This document shows positions 7,715-13,455 of a stretch of DNA of 13,618 nt, one piece after another. Source of the stretch: a virus (Duplodnaviria > Heunggongvirae > Uroviricota > Caudoviricetes); IMG/VR virus record IMGVR_UViG_3300046462_000479, one strand, 5' to 3'. A model generated the notes under the pieces. It was not told the DNA's origin. It searched no databases and saw only the letters and a list, made by a program, of their open reading frames with translations. Positions within the stretch are counted from its first letter, which is position 1, and every line of letters begins with the position of its first letter. The position numbers were made by a program, and so were the translations under genes.

Positions 7715-7890
7715 GGCGCCCGTTCGGGAAGCTGATGGATCTGTTGGAGGCCGATTTGCGTCAGCCGGACAGGCCGGACTGGAAGCTTGGCGAGCTGGCC
7801 TCGAAGTACGGTGAGCCGGTGGAGCGGATCATGGATGCGTTGGACGCGATCCGGGAACGCAACGGCGAAAAGACGTATATCTCGGTGTGA
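7711..7890 (+). CDS. Small protein, possible HTH (59 aa)
   Basis: GTGA overlap. WKLGELASKYGEPVERIMDAL is HTH-like. The stop TGA lies inside a palindrome copy. Confidence 0.65.
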   Translation: MRRPFGKLMDLLEADLRQPDRPDWKLGELASKYGEPVERIMDALDAIRERNGEKTYISV

Positions 7891-7900
7891 CATGTCACAC
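7885..7900. repeat. Palindrome copy 3 GTGTGACATGTCACAC
   Basis: Contains the stop codon of gene 7711-7890. Confidence 0.95.
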
Positions 7901-7919
7901 TCGATTGGGGAGGTTTGTG

Positions 7920-8204
7920 GTGGAGGATGAGGCGAAGATTGTGGAGCGGGAGGGTGGGGTCGAGGTGTTCGATCAGGGGGACGCGCACGCCCGCCATCTG
8001 ATTGAACGCGAGGGCAATGTGGCGGTGGTGGTGGCGGCGGTGACGAAGGACGGCGATTCGCAGTGTTTGGCGATGTTGGCGTCGCCGGTGAATGCGGAGC
8101 AGCGCAACTTTCTGTTGGCGTTTCTGGCGGAGGTGGGAAGGACGCTGGTCAATCGGGCTGAGTTGTTGGACGGGATGGAGTTCGATGGTGACGGCGAAGC
8201 GTAG
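7920..8204 (+). CDS. Hypothetical protein (~94 aa)
   Basis: GGGAGG RBS at 7908-7913 with GTG 7920. Alternative in-frame start at GTG 7887. Confidence 0.65.
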   Translation: MEDEAKIVEREGGVEVFDQGDAHARHLIEREGNVAVVVAAVTKDGDSQCLAMLASPVNAEQRNFLLAFLAEVGRTLVNRAELLDGMEFDGDGEA

Positions 8205-8922
8205 GTGGAGGGCGGCGGAGGCGGCCCGCCTGTATGGGCTGTTGGGGTCGCAGCGTCTGGTGGCGGAACGGATGGGCGTGTCCCGGAACGTGGCGTCGGA
8301 TCTGTTGTCGGATCCGGATCGGGCGAAAGCGTTGGCGCGCCGGGCGGGGTATGCGGGCGTGTGTGTGGATTGTGGCGGACCGACGGACGGCAGCCTGGGT
8401 GCGGGGAAGACTTCGAGGCGGTGTCTGGCGTGTAGTAGGGCGAGGGCTCGTGCGGGCCGGAAGTGGACGGAGGAGACGATCGTGGACGCGATTCGCCGGT
8501 GGGCTGACACGCATGACGGCCGTCCGCCTGGGGCGATGATGTGGAAGAAGGCGGACCGGGAGAACAACTATCCGTCGTTTTCGCAGGTGTATGCGCCTGG
8601 CGGCCCGTTTCCTAAATGGTCGGATGCGATTGTGGCGGCCGGGTTCGAGAGTCGTACGGGCGTCTATGAGCGGTCGGGTGTGCGCGGGTTGAAGCAGAGG
8701 ACGTTGCGGGGTTTGTTGTTTGTGCAGGAGCGTCGGGGTGGGCGGGTGACGCCGGACATGTTGGCGTGGAGGTTGGGGTTGGAGCCGTCGGCCGGGTTTC
8801 AGATGTTGGGGATTTTGTGTCGGCGCGGGCTGGTGGAGCGGGTGGCTCGTGGCGATTACCGGCTGACGGAGGCTGGAGAGCAGTGTGACTTGTCACACTT
8901 AAAGGAGGGGAAGAATGGCTGA
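8185..8922 (+). CDS. Multi-module DNA-binding protein: HTH + Zn ribbon + homing-endonuclease-associated repeat + winged HTH
   Basis: Start ATG 8185 after GGAG. SQRLVAERMGVSRNVASDLL (HTH); CVDC..CLAC; KWTEETIVDAIRRW...RPP...YPS...FPKWSDAIVAAGF (HNH_repeat-like); VTPDMLAWRLGL...LCRRGLVERVARGDYRLTEAG (wHTH). Confidence 0.75.
   Translation: MVTAKRRWRAAEAARLYGLLGSQRLVAERMGVSRNVASDLLSDPDRAKALARRAGYAGVCVDCGGPTDGSLGAGKTSRRCLACSRARARAGRKWTEETIVDAIRRWADTHDGRPPGAMMWKKADRENNYPSFSQVYAPGGPFPKWSDAIVAAGFESRTGVYERSGVRGLKQRTLRGLLFVQERRGGRVTPDMLAWRLGLEPSAGFQMLGILCRRGLVERVARGDYRLTEAGEQCDLSHLKEGKNG
8882..8899. repeat. Palindrome copy 4 AGTGTGACTTGTCACACT
   Basis: Immediately 5' of the RBS of gene 8915. Confidence 0.95.
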
Positions 8923-9187
8923 CGGTAATAGGTTCGAAGCGTTTTCGGAGTCGGAGCGGGTGTTGTTGATGATGGGTTTGACGTTAGACATCATGGATAT
9001 GATGTACGGGATCGTGTCTGATGAGCCTGCCTCTCCGGTTGTGGCGCGTGAGAAGATGCCGATCATGATCCGGATGGTGAACGAGATGGCGGACACTTTT
9101 GGCACAGACGCGGTTAACCGTGATCTGGTGGCGCAGCTGATGGCGGTGTTGGATCAGCGGGCGGCGGAGGCTCGTGATGCCGGTTGA
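8915..9187 (+). CDS. Hypothetical helical protein (90 aa)
   Basis: Strong RBS AAGGAGGGG and an overlapping start. Confidence 0.75.
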   Translation: MADGNRFEAFSESERVLLMMGLTLDIMDMMYGIVSDEPASPVVAREKMPIMIRMVNEMADTFGTDAVNRDLVAQLMAVLDQRAAEARDAG

Positions 9188-9377
9188 TGCGCGCATACCT
9201 GTTGCTGGTCGGGCTGCCGGTCAGGTCGCGACGGTTGGAGGCCTGGTACCGGAACATGTTTCTGCGGCCGCGTTTCACTGGTGGTGTGTCTTCTGTGGCC
9301 ATGACTGGGTGGGCGACGAAACGATGTTTGCGTGTCCTGAGTGTGCTGAGGAGACGTGGGTAGGCCACGATGCTTGA
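9187..9377 (+). pseudogene. Small Zn-ribbon gene apparently split by a -1 frameshift near 9273-9276
   Basis: Frame A from ATG 9187 (TGATG overlap) looks coding up to ...FLRPRF. The -1 frame then reads HWWCVFCGHDW...CPEC and ends at 9377, overlapping the next start. Confidence 0.45.
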
Positions 9378-9555
9378 TCCGCCCGACGATCTGGAAGAGA
9401 TGGTGGCAGAGATGTGGCGGAAAGGTCTGTCTCCGGAGGATGGGGGCGACATGCTGCTCAGCTTGTATTCGGCGGAAGATCTGGCTGTGCGGCTGGTCGC
9501 GATGGACCCGGACGGCTGGGTGACCGAAGAAGACGAGAAACGGTTTGGAGGGTGA
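9370..9555 (+). CDS. Small acidic hypothetical protein (61 aa)
   Basis: Overlapping start and coding-like codon usage. The stop TGA lies inside a palindrome copy. Confidence 0.7.
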   Translation: MLDPPDDLEEMVAEMWRKGLSPEDGGDMLLSLYSAEDLAVRLVAMDPDGWVTEEDEKRFGG

Positions 9556-9563
9556 CATGTCAC
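9552..9563. repeat. Palindrome copy 5 GTGACATGTCAC
   Basis: Contains both the stop of gene 9370 and the start of gene 9557. Confidence 0.95.
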
Positions 9564-9721
9564 AGTGGGCCGAGTTCGAACTGCTGCATCCCGGCTGGGC
9601 GCTGGCCGTCCGTCTGGTGGACCGGCTGCTCGTCTACGCGGTCGCGCTGGTCCTGGTCGTCTGCTTCCCCGTGACGATGCTGGTCTTGTATTTGGTGCAG
9701 TGGTGGAGAGGAAAGATTTGA
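9557..9721 (+). CDS. Small single-pass membrane protein (54 aa; not in the ORF track)
   Basis: GGAGG RBS 5 nt before ATG 9557, which lies inside the palindrome. LLVYAVALVLVVCFPVTMLVLYLV is a TM segment. TGATG overlap with the 9721 start. Confidence 0.72.
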   Translation: MSQWAEFELLHPGWALAVRLVDRLLVYAVALVLVVCFPVTMLVLYLVQWWRGKI

Positions 9722-9933
9722 TGGCCGAACAAAACGATCGGGACGACTTGAAGACCGCTTCCGTATGGGGTCGCTACGGCCCGCTCGCCTGCGACGAGTG
9801 CGAGCGGCACTTCCTCGACAACATGCCCGCGCTACTCCACGCCTCCGCATCGGTCGGCATCGAGCACGCCCTCACCACCGACATGGCGCTCGACGCCTAC
9901 TTCGAGGCTTACCACCGAGAGAATCATGCCTAA
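9721..9933 (+). CDS. Hypothetical protein (70 aa, CDECERH motif)
   Basis: Start reassigned to ATG 9721 (TGATG coupling, GAGGAAAG upstream). Confidence 0.7.
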   Translation: MAEQNDRDDLKTASVWGRYGPLACDECERHFLDNMPALLHASASVGIEHALTTDMALDAYFEAYHRENHA

Positions 9934-10483
9934 GCGCGAATCGCAGACCGCGAACGTATGCGGGAGGGTGGCCGATCTCATCGAGGGACTTGGCGAGATT
10001 TACACGCGCGAGGGCGTCCACATCTGGCTCACCGGACGCCACCGGCTGCTTGGCGACCGCACGCCACTCGATGTGATGCGCGACGAGGGCGGCCTCGACC
10101 GCGTAGAAGCCCTGCTCGCGTATGGGGGCGACCACTACGCGGCAGACCCGCTCGGGACACACATCTCATCGACCGCGAAAGATCGTGCGAAGTGGTCTGA
10201 CCTGTTGGACGAGGACGATCTCGCCATCATCGCGGAAGATGCGAACCCGAAGACCGCTTCCCTATACGAGCGCGAGACGAAGGCACAGGTCGCCTTCTGG
10301 CGCGAGCAGTTCTTCGGTGCCGACAGTCGCGTGGCAGAACTGAAGGAGGCGATCCGGGACGCAATCGAGAACATCGAGAGCGACGTTTACCTGAACGCCG
10401 TCGATGCGTTAGATACCGGCCCGATGATTGCGGCCATCGTGGAGACGAAGCAGCGGCTCAAGGCGGCGGTGGGCGATGTCTGA
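9926..10483 (+). CDS. Protein with an N-terminal Xre/MbcA/ParS antitoxin C-terminal-like domain fused to an acidic helical region
   Basis: IYTREGVHIWLTGRHRLLGDRTPLDVMRDEGGLDRVEALL fits the W-L-x4-x2-L-G-x2-P-L pattern of the antitoxin toxin-binding domain (DUF2384-like). Confidence 0.65.
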   Translation: MPKRESQTANVCGRVADLIEGLGEIYTREGVHIWLTGRHRLLGDRTPLDVMRDEGGLDRVEALLAYGGDHYAADPLGTHISSTAKDRAKWSDLLDEDDLAIIAEDANPKTASLYERETKAQVAFWREQFFGADSRVAELKEAIRDAIENIESDVYLNAVDALDTGPMIAAIVETKQRLKAAVGDV

Positions 10484-10706
10484 CGAGAACCTCAAGACCG
10501 CAAAAAGCTGTGTCGCGTGGCTGCTCGGTCGGAAGGTCGATCCGCGCGAGACGACCATCGTCAAATTCATGCCGACGAGTCCGCCGCTGCGCGGAACCAT
10601 CGTCCTCGTAGACGGAGTCCGCTGCCGGGTGAGCTACGCGCGCGTGACGTGGGATGGGCCGCGCTGGACGATCCGATCGCTGCGCGTCAAAGGAGCTGCT
10701 TTATGA
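10476..10706 (+). CDS. Hypothetical beta-rich protein (76 aa)
   Basis: ATG 10476 overlapping the upstream stop. ATGA overlap downstream. Confidence 0.68.
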   Translation: MSDENLKTAKSCVAWLLGRKVDPRETTIVKFMPTSPPLRGTIVLVDGVRCRVSYARVTWDGPRWTIRSLRVKGAAL

Positions 10707-10981
10707 CCGCTTCTGATACGCCGCCCATGAGTCCGTGCATCGGCTTCGGAGAGTTCGAGGGGACATGCGAGAACGAGGCCGGAGATTCACCGTGGTCGAA
10801 GCTGTGGTGTCTGCGCTGCGACCGTCTACGCCTCGACCACATCACGGCCCAGATGGAAAAGATCAGCGCCCGATTCGCTGTCGAGGCTCCTCCCCACCCA
10901 GAGGAACGGACACCAACATCCGAACCGGCAGGCCACGTTCCCTCCAAACCTGCCCCCAACCAGATTAACCGCTCCGCATAG
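10703..10981 (+). CDS. Cys-containing hypothetical protein (92 aa) with a Pro-rich tail
   Basis: AAGGAG RBS and ATG 10703. C-x9-C...CLRC spacing. Confidence 0.65.
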   Translation: MTASDTPPMSPCIGFGEFEGTCENEAGDSPWSKLWCLRCDRLRLDHITAQMEKISARFAVEAPPHPEERTPTSEPAGHVPSKPAPNQINRSA

Positions 10982-11149
10982 AACGGCGGGGCGTGGACGC
11001 TAACGGGCAAGCCGAACCGGAGGAACAAACGCACACATCCGCGTTCCTGCCTCCGTCCAGGACAGAACCGGCCAACCCCTAAGAAGGCGGGAACAGCCGA
11101 AGCTCGTCCACAAGGCGCACCGTGCGCCCCACCGCCAGCGAAGACACCA

Positions 11150-11169
11150 AGGCCCCCGAAAGGGGGCCT
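11150..11169. terminator. Hairpin between convergent transcription units
   Basis: AGGCCCCC-GAAA-GGGGGCCT, a perfect 8-bp stem. A weak T-rich tail follows on the minus strand. Confidence 0.6.
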
Positions 11170-11188
11170 ACGTGTACCCGCAAACAGT

Positions 11189-11200
11189 GTGACAAGTCAC
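11189..11200. repeat. Palindrome copy 6 GTGACAAGTCAC
   Basis: One base beyond the stop of the RHH gene. Confidence 0.95.
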
Positions 11201-11201
11201 G

Positions 11202-11477
11202 CTACCCATCACACACCCGGCAAAACTGATCCGGCCTCAACCGATGCTCACACATCACCCTCCGAACCTCCACAGGCGGCAACTCACTCACAACAACCGA
11301 CGGACCCGACGGCACCGGACGCAAAGGCTCCCGCACACCACCCCCACCCTCACCATCCCACCCATCCAAAAACCGCTCCAACGCCAACACCACAACACGA
11401 TGCTTCGCCGCACCCGTCAAACGACAATATGCCGCCAACCGCCCCTCCAACACCTCCGACAACCTCAAAGTAAACAC
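11202..11477 (-). CDS. Ribbon-helix-helix (CopG/Arc-like) DNA-binding protein with a C-terminal C/H Zn motif
   Basis: From GTG 11477: FTLRLSEVLEGRLAAYCRLTGAAKHRVVVLALERFL, the RHH strand-helix-G-helix pattern. Ends CEH...CRVC. Confidence 0.75.
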   Translation of the reverse strand: MFTLRLSEVLEGRLAAYCRLTGAAKHRVVVLALERFLDGWDGEGGGGVREPLRPVPSGPSVVVSELPPVEVRRVMCEHRLRPDQFCRVCDG

Positions 11478-11518
11478 ACACCAAACGATACCACAAGACA
11501 CCACACCACAAGATACCA
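11478..11518 (-). promoter_or_regulatory. Extended -10 promoter overlapped by three 13-bp direct repeats
   Basis: TG-G-TATCGT (11493-11485) 7 nt before the GTG. Plus-strand repeats CCAAACGATACCA 11481, CCACAAGACACCA 11491, CCACAAGATACCA 11506. Confidence 0.5.
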
Positions 11519-11706
11519 TTAAGTACCAACTGGGCCCACAACACAAAAACTAGCGGACAGCCCGCGCGCCCCGGCGGGTGTTGTCGGTTTCGTAAACTGT
11601 GGGTTTGTTGCCAGTCTAGGCTACGCCGGCCGCCCCCGTTGCCTTGTTGGCATACGTGTTGCCCGCACGGACAATGCTCCAGGCGCACGTTGCCCTAGCT
11701 GGCGAC

Positions 11707-11728
11707 GGAGCGTGACATGTCACGCTCC
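11707..11728. repeat. Palindrome copy 7 GGAGCGTGACATGTCACGCTCC
   Basis: Perfect 22-bp palindrome, intergenic. Confidence 0.95.
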
Positions 11729-11805
11729 CCGTCCCTCGCGCGTAGGCCCGCGTGGCACCGAGCCGGATAGGCCGCACGGGCGAGGGTGAGGGTGGGGGTG
11801 CGGCG

Positions 11806-11847
11806 GGCCGTGTGTGCGGCCGTGTGCGGCCGTGTGAGGCCGTGTGT
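11806..11847 (+). repeat. Four tandem copies of GGCCGTGTG(N), ~10-bp period
   Basis: Copies start at 11806, 11818, 11828 and 11838. Confidence 0.85.
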
Positions 11848-11864
11848 GGGTGGGTGGGCATAGA

Positions 11865-11892
11865 GAGAGGCCCGCCGGGTGGCGGGCCTCTC
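11865..11892 (-). terminator. Probable intrinsic terminator after the 314-aa gene
   Basis: Perfect 12-bp stem GAGAGGCCCGCC/GGCGGGCCTCTC with a 4-nt loop, 27 nt past the stop. No long U tract. Confidence 0.65.
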
Positions 11893-11919
11893 GGGTGGTG
11901 CGTGGTGGGTGGTGGGGTG

Positions 11920-12864
11920 CTACTGGGTGAGCTTGACTAGCTCGTCCGTCTCGTCCTTGGTGAAGCGGGCTGCCTTGCGGGCGTCGTTGTCCTTGACGGT
12001 TGCCTTTCCGTCGGCGACCTTGGCGGCGTAGCGCAGCTCATCGGATGCGCGGTTGAGGTGGGATGCCACGGCGGCCCGCTTGCCCGCGTACGCTTCCGGC
12101 TTGACCTTCCCCATCGTGTCGGCGACGAGGGTTGCTAGCCGGTTGAGGTTCGCCGCGACGAACAGCGGCGAGAGGGTGCCCGCCGCGAGGGCCTCGACGG
12201 CGGTATTCAGGGATGCCGACACGGACGAGGGTTCCCCTTCCGGGCCTGCCTGCTTGTCGGTCTTGCCTTTGACCGGGCCGCCGTACTTGACGGGGAGGTT
12301 CATCCCGGTTCGCCGGTACTCAGCCAGCACTGCCCGTGCGAACGCGGGATGTTCCTTCGGTGCTGCGGGCACGGACGGATGCCGTTCCGTCTCTTCGGTC
12401 CACTTCGTCACCTTGACGTCCGGGGTGACCTCGTCCAGCACGTAGGCCACAATGGCCGCTTCGAGGATGCCGTTGCGGCCCATCATCTGACGGGCGGCGT
12501 TCTTGATCCCCGACACGATCCTCTTGCCTTCGTCCGTCAGCTTGCCGTCGGAGTCCGCGAGGGATGCGAACGCCGCATCCTCCGCCTTGCCCACGGTTGC
12601 CCGGTACTCGTCCGTGTACGCGGTCTGGTTCCACACCGGGAGTCCCTTGGCGTCGCGGATGATCGAGCGAGCCGAGGCATAGGCAACGGCCAAGCCATAG
12701 TGCACTTCCGTCGCCTTGCGGCCAAGCTCCACGGCCTGAGTCAAGAGGGTGGTGATCGTCCCCACGATCTTGCCCAACAACTTCTCATCCTTTGCGGATG
12801 AACCGTCTGTGATCTCCACAGACTCCGTGCTGGTGGTGCTGGTGGTGGGTGCTGCTGCGGGCAT
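11920..12864 (-). CDS. Ala/Lys-rich helical hypothetical protein (314 aa)
   Basis: Long ORF with strongly biased codon usage, RBS GGAAGGAG, and its own promoter and terminator. No family recognised. Confidence 0.85.
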   Translation of the reverse strand: MPAAAPTTSTTSTESVEITDGSSAKDEKLLGKIVGTITTLLTQAVELGRKATEVHYGLAVAYASARSIIRDAKGLPVWNQTAYTDEYRATVGKAEDAAFASLADSDGKLTDEGKRIVSGIKNAARQMMGRNGILEAAIVAYVLDEVTPDVKVTKWTEETERHPSVPAAPKEHPAFARAVLAEYRRTGMNLPVKYGGPVKGKTDKQAGPEGEPSSVSASLNTAVEALAAGTLSPLFVAANLNRLATLVADTMGKVKPEAYAGKRAAVASHLNRASDELRYAAKVADGKATVKDNDARKAARFTKDETDELVKLTQ

Positions 12865-12913
12865 ATCCCGCTCCTTCCGGTGGGGAGAGGGTGACTCCCT
12901 CTCTTCACCAAGG

Positions 12914-12943
12914 ACACTATCGGTTCAGTACCGGGGGAGTCAA
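12914..12943 (-). promoter_or_regulatory. Sigma70/SigA-type promoter
   Basis: TTGACT (12943-12938), 18-nt spacer, TAGTGT (12919-12914), followed by a 7-bp leader hairpin at 12885-12903. Confidence 0.65.
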
Positions 12944-13004
12944 GGGTCACGACAGTACCTTCGTATGGGTATGAAACACACCTAGACGCGGCCTATCCGG
13001 GCCT

Positions 13005-13159
13005 GTGTTGCCCGCCTGGAATACGAACATACACGACCGCCCGCAACACGCACTAGCGTCGCCCGCCTGGAGCAAACCCGGTCGAGTGCCGGCCGGCACA
13101 TGCAAACACGGCTAGCGCCGCCGGCGCCAGGCAAACCCGGTAGAACATGCTCCAGGCGG
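13005..13159. repeat. Degenerate direct and inverted repeat region
   Basis: ~41-bp units at 13043 and 13102 (period 59); GCCCGCCTGGA at 13010 and 13061; 12-bp inverted repeat 13063-13074 / 13148-13159. Confidence 0.65.
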
Positions 13160-13166
13160 TGCGACA

Positions 13167-13182
13167 GTGTGACTTGTCACAC
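13167..13182. repeat. Palindrome copy 8 GTGTGACTTGTCACAC
   Basis: Core at 13169-13180, just past the 13192 stop. Confidence 0.95.
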
Positions 13183-13191
13183 CTCCGTCGG

Positions 13192-13401
13192 CTACATCAG
13201 GGGATGCCGTGACACCGGGACGGGAGTGTGACTTGTCACACTGTCACCCCCCAAACCCTCGACCGCTTTGTTCTCGCCACGGTGTACCGCCATCCCGATT
13301 AACCGTTCCAACATCTCGTCCCACTCGACCGATGGATTCTCGCGGGCCTCACGCGCCACAACCGGCAATAGAAGTCTCAGCTGCACGTTAGAAAGCTTCA
13401 C
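13192..13401 (-). CDS. Hypothetical protein (~69 aa)
   Basis: GTG 13401 (or 13407) after GGGGG. MKLSNVQLRLLLPVV... is divergent from the 13420 promoter. Confidence 0.5.
   Translation of the reverse strand: MKLSNVQLRLLLPVVAREARENPSVEWDEMLERLIGMAVHRGENKAVEGLGGDSVTSHTPVPVSRHPLM
13225..13242. repeat. Palindrome copy 9 AGTGTGACTTGTCACACT
   Basis: Core at 13228-13239, 59 bp from copy 8, with extra half-sites GTGACA (13209) and TGTCAC (13242) flanking it. Confidence 0.95.
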
Positions 13402-13419
13402 GTACACACCCCCAATCGC

Positions 13420-13448
13420 TTGACAGGGAATCGAACCAGGAGTAGTGT
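13420..13448 (+). promoter_or_regulatory. Sigma70/SigA-type promoter, leaderless
   Basis: TTGACA (13420-13425), 17-nt spacer, TAGTGT (13443-13448), ATG 7 nt later. Confidence 0.75.
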
Positions 13449-13455
13449 TCTCGGC

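Noticed and set aside
7885-7900. CRP/GlxR site (TGTGA...TCACA) or true matS
   Set aside because: The half-site spacing is 4 nt rather than the 6 nt CRP requires, and the core is 12 bp rather than the 13-bp matS. MatP is also not expected in a high-GC, probably actinobacterial host.
11114-11128. Interrupted palindrome GGCGCAC-C-GTGCGCC
   Set aside because: A single copy in GC-rich DNA with no supporting context.
3672-13242. CRISPR array interpretation of the repeated palindrome
   Set aside because: Copies are 12-22 bp, irregularly spaced by 59 to ~3500 bp and separated by genes. No cas genes are present.
13427-13437. tRNA T-loop-like GGTTCGATTCC on the minus strand
   Set aside because: The T-stem does not pair beyond 2 bp and no acceptor, D or anticodon arms are visible. 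The sequence is the spacer of a plus-strand promoter.
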